Origin: Trueperaceae bacterium
GTDB taxonomy: Bacteria > Deinococcota > Deinococci > Deinococcales > Trueperaceae
Assembly (NCBI GenBank): GCA_034521815.1
Contig: JAXHLW010000013.1
Location: 1,344,001 to 1,408,000 of the forward strand
Direction of reading: 5' to 3'
Length of the DNA stretch: 64,000 nucleotides
The translations under genes were made by a program, and so were the position numbers. Positions 11,001 to 19,011 of this stretch are shown piece by piece. Position 1 is the first letter of the stretch. Each line of letters begins with the position of its first letter. The notes under the pieces were generated by a model. That model saw only the letters and a program-made list of their open reading frames with translations, was not told the DNA's origin and made no database searches.

Positions 11001-11289
11001 TCTGGCGCTCCGGACCCAAGTGGCGCACGGCGAGCCCGCTCCTCTGGCCACGACGCTAGGGCATCTGCTCGACGACGATCTCCCCGACACGATGCGCGCG
11101 GGCGCGCTGCGGGCGCTGGGGGAGGCGCTCGAGACGCACGACCGGTCCGACTGGCTGGTCCATCCGCGCTTCCCGGCGCCGCTGCGCGGCGCGTCGGTCG
11201 ACGGGCTGCTCCGGCCCGGCGACCTGCTGGTCGACCGCTGGCGAGCGCACGCCCAGGACGGCGCTCTCCCGGCCGAGCTGCCGGCATGA
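8095..11289 (+). CDS. Large P-loop NTPase with C-terminal TPR-like helical repeats (STAND-like architecture)
   Basis: 1064 aa. Walker A LLVTGRPGSGKTML. Ala/Leu-rich TPR-like repeats (GLIHKDRGDLEAAAREF, GDVRMALGRLADASGSFDDA, ATLARRLGDLHAAEADF). GTG lies 6 nt after TAGACT. The stop overlaps the acuA start (ATGA). Confidence 0.75.
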   Translation: MPATPRSGPRSTVSPWRAVFETVRDAVGTRRDDQGVLGSINWLRRQMEARGANPNVVRNIIYRDKGKLSDKRVLFEILRELWATASDQPLNAPEIEVLLSPHASAEQEVLQLLGREKRRAFRSFVRAVRDGEQPKLLVTGRPGSGKTMLTDYIQQALQVPPAARARVVRAEFGGAGLGTTLARLGERLGVRGDAMEARLAKIGTGGAYAVQADAQADVARAILDALRADDVPVVLLLHVSQALSQQESLGTVPLRLNTPEVPRVGAPEWLWSTLIDPLSTLPSTSVLVSMTDLPARALQRPGGFGVPVKLTPPTAGEARRFVKARLPHLPAGQQEEIVQRAGRSFEELRTLTLLAEIRAPLPEEDASAASIARLSDLVTGGGDARLRDFLAALAVISLPEFPTFRLADLTALRPEEQGEPSELELAFVDVLPGDDADEVRCFSRRLVRALRERLAHVDPERHRRLHAAAAVRLRDEAERAPGTETAARHVHHLYEARDWDALIGWMRQHGVPQSLARRAWRTAREELAPTDPNAFERLAQEVAAHYVKLGSYQHGDALDAFGVLTASADEQRRAWAVLKQAEGSVLRGHYESARQALGSWPGSDDPLMSAEAALVRASIARWKGELETAARIVETEARPRVATLEGRDAAQRLGRAKVAVWAGLIHKDRGDLEAAAREFASVESDDDLVRARLAFQSGDVRMALGRLADASGSFDDAVRLAQRSGALGSERTRYLARRATLARRLGDLHAAEADFVAADAILDAEAGDEVERGFWSARVDDERALLLLAQGRHDQAISLLASTAARYRAYGDAHGVDAAYRVDRTSLRLGVAYAARGLGVAWVPPFPQLDDGPARCRDLRQARTLLHAVVQRVPDGEEATQAADALARHALLVTSLLEPTADALALVHRADRFSRFPYLRAEASAYRAAALLRAGLAGAAGEAVDDAWAALRAVGDRRGDPGLRAWLRALALRTQVAHGEPAPLATTLGHLLDDDLPDTMRAGALRALGEALETHDRSDWLVHPRFPAPLRGASVDGLLRPGDLLVDRWRAHAQDGALPAELPA

Positions 11290-11873
11290 CCCAGGGAGCG
11301 CATGTCCGCGAGGTGACCGCGGACACGCCTCCTCTCCCCCTTCACGACGCGCTGGACGTGTTCCGGCCGCCCGCCCAGCAACACGCGGCGCTGATCGACA
11401 TCGCGTCCGATCCCCACGGCCTCGTCGTCGTCGCCGAGGACGAGGCCCACACCGTCGGCTACCTGACCTTCCATCCACCCAGCGAGATCGAGACCTGGGG
11501 CGACGACCGCAGCGGCCGGCTGATCGAGCTCGGCGCCATCGAGGTCGCTCCCGACGTCCGGGGCGAGCGTCTGGCCGAACGGATGCTGGTGACGGCGTTC
11601 GACGGCGGGCGCTTCGACGGAACCGTCGTGTTCGCCACGCTGTACGCCTGGCACTACGACGTGGACCGGTCCGGCCTGGGATCGTTCGCCTACCGGCGCA
11701 GGCTGGAGCACCTGTACGGGAAGGTCGGCCTCGAGTCGATGCCCACCAGCGACCCCGAAGTGCGCGCCGATCCCGCCAACGCCCTCGTCGCGCGCATCGG
11801 ACCCCACGCGCCCGACGCCGTCGTGCGCGAGTTCAACAGGCTGCGCACCCAGCCGCACCGACTGGGCCTATGA
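11286..11873 (+). CDS. acuA: GNAT acetyltransferase, AcuA-like
   Basis: C-terminal 195 aa of ORF 9891..11873: FRPPAQQHAALIDIA, VGYLTFHPP, LIELGAIEVAPDVRGERLA, YAWHYD, DPEVRADPANALVARIG, which fit the AcuA pattern. Followed by acuB/acuC. Confidence 0.85.
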   Translation: MTQGAHVREVTADTPPLPLHDALDVFRPPAQQHAALIDIASDPHGLVVVAEDEAHTVGYLTFHPPSEIETWGDDRSGRLIELGAIEVAPDVRGERLAERMLVTAFDGGRFDGTVVFATLYAWHYDVDRSGLGSFAYRRRLEHLYGKVGLESMPTSDPEVRADPANALVARIGPHAPDAVVREFNRLRTQPHRLGL

Positions 11874-11910
11874 GCGGTTCGCGGTATCGTGGGGCGACCC
11901 GAGGAGGACC

Positions 11911-12561
11911 ATGCTCGTACGAGACATCATGACGCGACCCGTGGTCGCCATCGGCCCCGACGAGCCGATCGGCGACGTCACCGCCCTGATGGCGCAGCGA
12001 CGCCTTCGGCACTTCCCCGTCGTGGACGAGGGTCGCCTGGTCGGCATCGTCTCCGACCGCGACCTGCGCACCGTCGGTAGCCGGCATCCCAAGGCCCGGC
12101 CCGACGTCGGCGTGACCGACCCGGTGCGGGCGTTGATGACCACGTCGGTCTGGACGGCCCACCCGTTGGACCCGATCGACGAGGCAGCCAGCGTTCTCCG
12201 CTATCACGCCATCGGCGCCATGCCGGTCATGGACGAAGGCGACATGGTCGGCATCGTCACGGCCAGCGACTTCCTCGACGCCCTGGTCGAGATGACCGGC
12301 GTCGGCCGAGCATCGACCCGGCTGGAGGTCGAGCTCCCGAACCGGCCCGGCGCCCTGGCCGGACTGTTGGACCGCATCGCCGCGCGCGGAGCGAACGTCG
12401 CGAGCGTCCTGACGACCCGTAGCGAGCCCGACGTCGTCGCGTTCGTGCTGCGCGTCGGCACGATGGACGGCCGTGGGCTGGCCCGCTCGCTTCGCGAGGC
12501 GGGCTACGAGATCGGCTGGCCGCTCGAGCGCGAGCCGTCGTCCGGTCCCGAGCCGACGTGA
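11911..12561 (+). CDS. acuB: CBS-pair plus ACT domain protein, AcuB-like
   Basis: MLVRDIMTRPVV...RHFPVVDEGRLVGIVSDRDLR (CBS), second CBS, then RLEVELPNRPGALAGLLDRIAARGANVASV (ACT); GAGGAGG RBS. Confidence 0.88.
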   Translation: MLVRDIMTRPVVAIGPDEPIGDVTALMAQRRLRHFPVVDEGRLVGIVSDRDLRTVGSRHPKARPDVGVTDPVRALMTTSVWTAHPLDPIDEAASVLRYHAIGAMPVMDEGDMVGIVTASDFLDALVEMTGVGRASTRLEVELPNRPGALAGLLDRIAARGANVASVLTTRSEPDVVAFVLRVGTMDGRGLARSLREAGYEIGWPLEREPSSGPEPT

Positions 12562-13787
12562 GCGACGACGCCGCCGCTGCGGAGCCCAATCTCGACGCTG
12601 CGTTCGTCTACGCCCCCCACTTGGCCAGCTGGACGCTGTCGGCCGACCACCCCTTCAAACCGGTCCGGCTGGCCTTGGTGAAGGACCTGCTCGAAACCGC
12701 CGGCCTCCTGCATCCGCACGAGATCGTCGCGCCCGCAAGGCTCCGGGCGGGCGAGCTCTCTCGCGTCCACGACGCGGAGTACCTCGAGATGGTGGCGCGG
12801 GTCTCGCGGGGGGAACGCCCCGAGGAGGCGTTCAGGTTCGGGCTCGGGACGGCCGACACGCCCGTGGTGGACGGCTTGCACGAGAGCGTCCAAGCCGTCT
12901 GCGCCGCCACCGTCACCGCGATGCAGCTGGTGATCGACGGTCGCACCAAGCGCGCCGCGACCTTCTCGGGCGGGCTGCACCACGCCATGCCGGACCGGGC
13001 GTCGGGCTTCTGCGTGTACGACGACCTCGCCCTGGCGATCCTGCGCGCCACCGATCACGGGCTCCGCGTCGCCTACCTGGACCTCGACGCGCACCACGGT
13101 GACGGCGTCCAGCACGTGTTCTACGACCGTGCCGACGTGCTCACCATCAGCGTGCACGAGTCCGGGCGCTACCTATTCCCAGGGACCGGGCACAGCTACG
13201 AGCTGGGCACCGGCGCGGGACGAGGGCTGTCGGTGAACCTCCCGCTGGAGCCGTTCACGGAGGACGACAGCTACCTCGAGGCGTTCGACGAAGTCGTTCC
13301 GCGGGCGCTTCGCGCCTTCGCGCCCGATCTGCTGCTGGTGCAGGCCGGCGCCGATCCGCACCGCGACGATCCGCTGGCCGACCTGTCGCTCACGCTGAGC
13401 GGCATGCGCGACGTCTACCGCCGCGTCGCGGCGCTGGCGGACGAGCTCACCGGCGGCCGCTGGATCGTCACGGGCGGCGGCGGCTACGAGACGTTCTCGG
13501 TGGCGCCGCGCGCCTGGGCGCAGGCCTGGTCGGCGATGACCGGTCGCGACGTTCCCGACCGCCTGCCGGACGCCTGGCGCGAGCGCTGGCGCGACGCCGC
13601 AGGAGGACCGCTTCCAGGGCGCGCCCTCGACGGTCCCGACGACTACCCGCCGCAACCGAGACGCCTGCAGGTGCAGGGGCACAACACCGCCGTCGCCAAG
13701 CGTCTTTCGGCCGTTCTGGAGCCGATCTGGCGGGACCACGAGGCGATGCGGACGGGCGCGACCACGCGCCAGGAAGGAACGTCATGA
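12558..13787 (+). CDS. acuC: Zn-dependent histone-deacetylase-family protein, AcuC
   Basis: HPFKPVRL, GGLHHAMPDRASGFCVYDD, YLDLDAHHGDGVQ, TISVHESGRYLFPGTG, QAGADPHRDDPLA, GGGGY. GTGA overlap with acuB. Confidence 0.92.
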   Translation: MSDDAAAAEPNLDAAFVYAPHLASWTLSADHPFKPVRLALVKDLLETAGLLHPHEIVAPARLRAGELSRVHDAEYLEMVARVSRGERPEEAFRFGLGTADTPVVDGLHESVQAVCAATVTAMQLVIDGRTKRAATFSGGLHHAMPDRASGFCVYDDLALAILRATDHGLRVAYLDLDAHHGDGVQHVFYDRADVLTISVHESGRYLFPGTGHSYELGTGAGRGLSVNLPLEPFTEDDSYLEAFDEVVPRALRAFAPDLLLVQAGADPHRDDPLADLSLTLSGMRDVYRRVAALADELTGGRWIVTGGGGYETFSVAPRAWAQAWSAMTGRDVPDRLPDAWRERWRDAAGGPLPGRALDGPDDYPPQPRRLQVQGHNTAVAKRLSAVLEPIWRDHEAMRTGATTRQEGTS

Positions 13788-14671
13788 AACTCGGATTCGT
13801 CGGACTCGGAACGATGGGCGCCCCGATGGCGCGACGGCTTCTGGACGCGGGCCACGAGGTCACGGTCCACAACCGCACGCGCGCACGCGAGGAGCCGCTG
13901 GCCGACGCCGGCGCCGCACGCGCCGCGACCCCCAGGGAGGCGGCCGAGGGGAACGATCTGGTCATTACGATCGTCGGCGACTCGCCGGACGTCCGCGAGG
14001 TGGTGCTCGGTCCCGACGGCGTCGCGGACGGACTGGCCGAGGGAGCGATCGTGATCGACATGTCCACCATCTCGCCCGACGTCACCCGCGAGATCGCCGA
14101 GGCGTTGCGCCTGCGGGGGATCCACATGCTGGACGCTCCCTGCTCCGGTGGCAGCGAGGGGGCGGCCAACGGAACGCTCTCGATCATGATCGGCGGCGAC
14201 GAGGACGTCCTGGAGCGGGCCAGGCCCGCGCTCTCCGTGCTGGGCACGACGTTGACGCGCGTGGGCGAAGCGGGCGCCGGCCAGCTGTGCAAGGCGGTGA
14301 ACCAGGTGGTGATCGCCGGCACGTACGCCGCCGTCGCCGAGGGCCTGGCGCTCGCGATGCGCTCCGGCATCGACACCGAGGCGGCGCTGCAGGCGCTGTC
14401 CGGAGGTGCCGCGGGATCGTGGGGCTTGACGAACCGGGGACCCAACATGCTGCGGGGCGACTACCCGCTCGGGTTCCGGACGCGCCTCCACCGAAAGGAC
14501 CTCGGCATCGCTCTGGACGCGGCCCGCGAGCGCGGCGTGCCGTTGCCGCTGACCGCATGGGTCGAGCAGGCCGAGACCGTCCTGATCCGGCGTGGCTTCG
14601 GCGACGAGGACGTCAGCAACATCGCGCGCCTGGCGCGGGAAGCGGCCGGCGTCGATCCGGGCGAGGCATGA
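13784..14671 (+). CDS. NAD(P)-dependent beta-hydroxyacid dehydrogenase (3-hydroxyisobutyrate / tartronate semialdehyde reductase family)
   Basis: MKLGFVGLGTMGAPMA, DAPCSGGSEGAANGTL, GAGQLCKAVNQ, KDLGIAL. ATGA overlap with acuC. Confidence 0.9.
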   Translation: MKLGFVGLGTMGAPMARRLLDAGHEVTVHNRTRAREEPLADAGAARAATPREAAEGNDLVITIVGDSPDVREVVLGPDGVADGLAEGAIVIDMSTISPDVTREIAEALRLRGIHMLDAPCSGGSEGAANGTLSIMIGGDEDVLERARPALSVLGTTLTRVGEAGAGQLCKAVNQVVIAGTYAAVAEGLALAMRSGIDTEAALQALSGGAAGSWGLTNRGPNMLRGDYPLGFRTRLHRKDLGIALDAARERGVPLPLTAWVEQAETVLIRRGFGDEDVSNIARLAREAAGVDPGEA

Positions 14672-14708
14672 GCGACGCCCACGTCGCTCGCCGCATCGGC
14701 CAGGACGC

Positions 14709-15446
14709 CTACGAACCTGGGGCGGGCGCGCGCGCGAACGTCCATACGCGCGACTCGCTGGCGTCCGCGGGACCTGCGTCCGGGTAGACGACCACCTCGA
14801 CCGGCGCGAACCCGGCGATCCCCAACAGGCGTCGCAGATCGTCCGGGTCGTACGGTCGTTCCTGATGCACCTCGGTGAACGCGCCTTCGGGTCCGTCGCA
14901 GTACGCTTCGACGGTGGCCAGCTCGGTGGCGGGATCGTAGCGGTGAAGCCAGCGGTAGTACACCTCTCCGGCCCACCCTTCCGCCCGGTCGTCCTCCCAC
15001 AGCCGTTGCAGACCGACGCGCGTGTTCGCGTCGAACACGAACCAGCCGCCCGGCTCCAGGTGACGCCGGACCTGGCGCGCCATCGCCACGAACGCCTCGT
15101 CGCTGAGCAGGTTGTTCAGCGCGTCGAAGACCGAATACACCAGCGCGTAACGGTCCGGCAGCTCGAAGTCGCGCACGTCCCCGAGGTGGAACGCGGCGTG
15201 CGGCAGCTTGGCGCGCGCCACCTCGAGCATCTCCGGCGACGCGTCGAGGCCGTCGACGTCGAATCCCCGCTCGACCGCCGGTGCGGTGGCGTTCCCGGTG
15301 CCACAGCCGAGATCCAGCAGGCGACCGCCCGCGAACCCGCGAAGCGTCGCCTGCCGCAGGACGAACGCGACCCAGTCGTCGTACTCGACGTCCGCCATGA
15401 TGGCGTCGTAGACCTCGGCGAGACGGGTGAACGGTTGCGCATCCAC
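14709..15446 (-). CDS. Class I SAM-dependent methyltransferase
   Basis: LLDLGCGTG motif I, GLDASPEML, FDALNNL, LEPGGWFVFD. Confidence 0.88.
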   Translation of the reverse strand: MDAQPFTRLAEVYDAIMADVEYDDWVAFVLRQATLRGFAGGRLLDLGCGTGNATAPAVERGFDVDGLDASPEMLEVARAKLPHAAFHLGDVRDFELPDRYALVYSVFDALNNLLSDEAFVAMARQVRRHLEPGGWFVFDANTRVGLQRLWEDDRAEGWAGEVYYRWLHRYDPATELATVEAYCDGPEGAFTEVHQERPYDPDDLRRLLGIAGFAPVEVVVYPDAGPADASESRVWTFARAPAPGS

Positions 15447-15512
15447 GAGGCGAAGCGTACCCGAGCGGGCGGTGTCGCGATCGCGCGGTGTGGCGATGTC
15501 GCGTGCAGCCCG

Positions 15513-16469
15513 TCACGGCATCGCGAGCACGACCTTTCCGACGGTCGCGTTCGCGCGCAGGAGCTCGTGGGCGCGCTCGGCCTCGGCGACGGGAACCGTC
15601 TCGTGCACGACCGGCACGATCCTCCCCGCCTCGAGCGCCTCGCCGAACCTGGCGACGAACGCGTCGCGCAACGTGATCTTCTCGTCCAGCGGCCGGGACC
15701 GCAGCGTGGACCCCTTCAGCGTCAGGCGCTTGCGCATCGCCACGCGCACGTCGACCTCGACCTGCGCGCCCGACAGCGTCGCGATCCAGACCAGCCTGCC
15801 TCCGGTGCCGAGGAGCTCGAACGCCGCCGTCGCCGTGTCCGCGCCCACCATGTCCAGGATCACGTCGACGGAGCCCCAAGCGTCCCGTAGCCGCTCCGGC
15901 CAGGCAGCGTCGCGACGGTCCAGGGCCGGGTCGGCCCCCAGCGCGGAGCAGCGATCCACCTTGCCTGCGCTGGAGGTGGTGGCGACGCGCGCACCCACCT
16001 CGCGGATCTGTTGGATCGCCGCCGTACCCACCCCGCTGGCGCCACCGTGGACCAACACCCGCTCGCCGGGTCGCAGTCCCGCCTCGAGGAACAGGTTCAG
16101 GAACGCCGTCAGGTGCACCTCGGGAAGCGACGCCGCTTCGGTGTCGACCAGGCGCGACGGCGTCGGCATCAGCATCCGCGCGGGCACCGCGGCCAGCTCG
16201 GCGTAGCCGCCGCCCGGCAGCAGCGCGCAGACCCGGTCGCCGGGACGCCACGGGCTTCCGTCCGGCGCGTCGAGCACCTCGCCGGCCACCTCGAGACCCA
16301 GGATCTCGGACGCCCCGGGAGGGGGCGGATAGCGTCCAGCACGTTGCGCGAGGTCGGCGCGGTTCACCCCTGCAGCACGCACGCGGAGCAGCGCGTCGTG
16401 CGGGCCGGGAACAGGGTCGGGCACCTCCGCCCAGCGGAGCGCGCCATCGGAATCGACGATCGCCTTCAT
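15513..16469 (-). CDS. NAD(P)H-quinone oxidoreductase (PIG3 / zeta-crystallin MDR family)
   Basis: AAGVNRADLAQRAGRYPPPPGASEILGLEVAG, VLVHGGASGVGTAAIQ, GSTLRSRP, GKVVL. Confidence 0.9.
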   Translation of the reverse strand: MKAIVDSDGALRWAEVPDPVPGPHDALLRVRAAGVNRADLAQRAGRYPPPPGASEILGLEVAGEVLDAPDGSPWRPGDRVCALLPGGGYAELAAVPARMLMPTPSRLVDTEAASLPEVHLTAFLNLFLEAGLRPGERVLVHGGASGVGTAAIQQIREVGARVATTSSAGKVDRCSALGADPALDRRDAAWPERLRDAWGSVDVILDMVGADTATAAFELLGTGGRLVWIATLSGAQVEVDVRVAMRKRLTLKGSTLRSRPLDEKITLRDAFVARFGEALEAGRIVPVVHETVPVAEAERAHELLRANATVGKVVLAMP

Positions 16470-16532
16470 GGTCCTTGCCTACCACGTCATGGCGGTCGTC
16501 CGGCGCGGGCGGGGGTCTGGTAGCGTGACCCC

Positions 16533-17546
16533 ATGATCGGCGTCGACCTCGGCACCACCAACGTACGTATCCACGTGAAGGGGCGCGGCGTCGTCCTTCG
16601 CGAGCCGGCCGTCATCGCCGTCCTGAAAGGCACGACCGACATCAAGGCCGTCGGCCAGGACGCCTACCGCATGCTGGGGCGCACGCCCGGCTCCATCACC
16701 GCGATCCGGCCCATGGCGGACGGCGTCATCGCCGACTACACCCTCACCGAGCGGATGCTCAAGGCGTTCGTCGGCAAGATCCTCACCGGCCCGAGTCGGT
16801 TCCTGCGCCCCACCATCATGGTGTGCATTCCCTCGGGCATCACCGAGGTCGAGCGTCGGGCCGTCCTGCAGGCGGTTCACGAGATCGGGGCGCGCAAGGC
16901 GCTGCTGATCGAGGAGCCCGTCGCCGGCGCGATCGGGGCCGGGATCGACATCGCCGAGCCGGTCGGGTCGATGGTCATCGACGTGGGAGGCGGAACGACC
17001 GACCTCGCGGTGATCAGCATGGGCGGCATCGTGGTCTCTGAAAGCTTGCGCATCGCGGGAACGCACTTCGATCGGGACGTCATCGGCTGGGTGAAGGACC
17101 ACCACAACCTGCTGATCGGCGAGCGCACCGCGGAGCAGATCAAACGCGAGGTCGGTGCGGCCACGCTGGCCCCTGGAGAAGAGTCGACCTCGATCGAGGT
17201 CCGCGGCCGAGACCTGATCGACGGCATGCCGAAGACGGTTCGCGTCACGACGAACGACGTGATCGAGGCGCTCGCGAGCTCGCTCGACAAGATCGCTGGC
17301 GCGTTGCGGAAGGTCCTCGAGCAGGCCCCACCGGAGCTGGTGAGCGACGTGATCGACCGTGGCATCGTCTTGACCGGCGGCGGCGCGCAGCTCCGCAACC
17401 TCGACCTGTTCCTGAGCCGCGTGACCGACATCCCCGTGGGCCTCGCGGACGATCCGGAGGACTGCGTGGTGATAGGAACGAGCCGCGCGCTGGACATGGC
17501 GGACGTGCTTCAGGACGCGCGGCGACGCGGGGGCGTCTTCCACTGA
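16533..17546 (+). CDS. mreB: Rod shape-determining actin homolog MreB
   Basis: IGVDLGTTN, IRPMADGVIAD, IPSGITEVERRAV, IEEPVAGAIGAG, VIDVGGGTTD, VRGRDLIDGMPK, GIVLTGGGAQL. ATG lies 6 nt after TAGCGT. Confidence 0.93.
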   Translation: MIGVDLGTTNVRIHVKGRGVVLREPAVIAVLKGTTDIKAVGQDAYRMLGRTPGSITAIRPMADGVIADYTLTERMLKAFVGKILTGPSRFLRPTIMVCIPSGITEVERRAVLQAVHEIGARKALLIEEPVAGAIGAGIDIAEPVGSMVIDVGGGTTDLAVISMGGIVVSESLRIAGTHFDRDVIGWVKDHHNLLIGERTAEQIKREVGAATLAPGEESTSIEVRGRDLIDGMPKTVRVTTNDVIEALASSLDKIAGALRKVLEQAPPELVSDVIDRGIVLTGGGAQLRNLDLFLSRVTDIPVGLADDPEDCVVIGTSRALDMADVLQDARRRGGVFH

Positions 17547-17562
17547 GCGACCGCCGCTGGCT

Positions 17563-18405
17563 CTAGGGCGCCGGGTCCGCTCGATCGACACCCGATCCGT
17601 CCGCCCCCTCCGCCGGCTCGTAGCGCCGGTAGTGGTAGGCGTGGTGCACCGTGAATCCCAAGCGCCGATACAGGCGCAGCGCCGCGTCGTTGCGGGCGTC
17701 CACCTGCAGGTAGGCGGCGTGCGCGCCGGCCGCACGCGCACGGCTCAGGGCCGCGGCGACGAGCGCCCGCCCATGGCCCCGGCCGCGGGCGTCAGGAACG
17801 GTGGCCAGAGAGAACAGGCCGACGCAGCGCCGCTTCGGGTCGAGCACGGCGAGGCCGGCCGCGACGGCTCGACCGTCGTCGTCGCGAATCGCGAGATGCC
17901 AAGGAACGAGTCCGGCCTCGGTCAGCGCCGCGGCCCGCATCTCGGACCACGCCGCCGTGCCCGGCACGACGACGTCCTGGACCTCCTGGTAGCCGGCGTC
18001 GGGGCGCTGGGCGACGCGCACGTCGCCGGCCCCGGCGGCAGCCGGTTTCTCCGGCAGCCGTTCGAGGCCGTGATGAAGGACCGACGCCCCCGGCTCTCTG
18101 TGCCATCCTCGGCGGCCCAGCTCGTCGTCCAGCCGAGGGGGCTTGGCAGCGACGGTGAGCTGGACCCGCGGGACGACGCCGCGCGACCGGTAGAACGCCT
18201 GGACCTCGTTCAGCTTGTCGGCCAGCGGCCGCTGGCCACGCGCTTCGGGCAGAACGCTGTTGCCCCGGCGCGTGACGCCACGGTTGTAGCGCAGGCGCCA
18301 GCCGTCGGAGAGGACCTCCTCGGCCGGCGCGAGCGCGTCCGCTGCCGCCGCTTCGAGCTCGGCGATCCGGCGCAGCGTGGGGTCCAGCAGGTCCATGCCG
18401 GCCAC
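17563..18405 (-). CDS. GNAT-family N-acetyltransferase
   Basis: GWRLRYNRGVTRRGNSV N-domain; LFSLATVPDARGRGHGRALV acetyl-CoA motif; AYLQVDARNDAALRLYRRLGF. Start may be the ATG at 18396. Confidence 0.85.
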   Translation of the reverse strand: MAGMDLLDPTLRRIAELEAAAADALAPAEEVLSDGWRLRYNRGVTRRGNSVLPEARGQRPLADKLNEVQAFYRSRGVVPRVQLTVAAKPPRLDDELGRRGWHREPGASVLHHGLERLPEKPAAAGAGDVRVAQRPDAGYQEVQDVVVPGTAAWSEMRAAALTEAGLVPWHLAIRDDDGRAVAAGLAVLDPKRRCVGLFSLATVPDARGRGHGRALVAAALSRARAAGAHAAYLQVDARNDAALRLYRRLGFTVHHAYHYRRYEPAEGADGSGVDRADPAP

Positions 18406-18427
18406 CGGGCCCGGGTCCTGCTCGGCG

Positions 18428-18862
18428 TCAGCCGTCGCCGATGCCGACCAGGGTGAGCTGGAAGGTCAGCGGCTGGCCGGCCAGGGGGTGGTTCGCGTCC
18501 AGCGTGACCTGCTCCTCGTCCAGCTTGGCGACCGTCACCGGAACGGCGCGGCCGTCGGGCTGCTGGAGCTGCAACGGCGTGCCGACGTCGACCTCGAGCT
18601 CGTCGGGAAGCTGCTCGCGCGGGACGTCGAGCAGAAGGTCCTCGCGGCGCGCGCCGTAGGCGTCGTCCACGTCGATGCGGGCCTCCTTGCTCTCGCCGAC
18701 CTCCATGCCGATCGCGGCCTCTTCGAAGCCGGAGATGACCTGGCCTTCGCCGAGGGTGAAGGCCAGCGGCTCGCGACCCTCGCTGCTGTCGAAGACGGTG
18801 CCGTCGTCGAGCTTGCCTGTGTAGTGGATCTGGACCGTATCGCCCTGCTTGGCGGTGGGCAT
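18428..18862 (-). CDS. FKBP-type peptidyl-prolyl cis-trans isomerase (SlyD/SlpA-like, no His-rich tail)
   Basis: MPTAKQGDTVQIHYTGKLDDGTVFDSS...GQVISGFEEA...DANHPLAGQPLTF, with its own GGGAGG RBS. It appears fused to ggt in the ORF track only because of the ggt frameshift. Confidence 0.92.
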   Translation of the reverse strand: MPTAKQGDTVQIHYTGKLDDGTVFDSSEGREPLAFTLGEGQVISGFEEAAIGMEVGESKEARIDVDDAYGARREDLLLDVPREQLPDELEVDVGTPLQLQQPDGRAVPVTVAKLDEEQVTLDANHPLAGQPLTFQLTLVGIGDG

Positions 18863-19011
18863 GGGGAACCTCCCCGGGGGCTCGCGCCCCGTCGTCGGAT
18901 GCGGATGCGCGGGCCGGACCGTTCGTTCGGCCCCGTCGCACACGGAGGGTGCCACGGACGGACGGCGCAGCATGTCGCGCGGCCTGCGGAGCGCCCCGGC
19001 CCAGCGGCTGC

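Noticed and set aside
8095-11289. Avs/NLR-type anti-phage STAND system
   Set aside because: No recognisable nuclease, SIR2, TIR or protease effector, host-like composition, and tight coupling to metabolic acu genes. A regulatory role is more parsimonious, though defence is not formally excluded.
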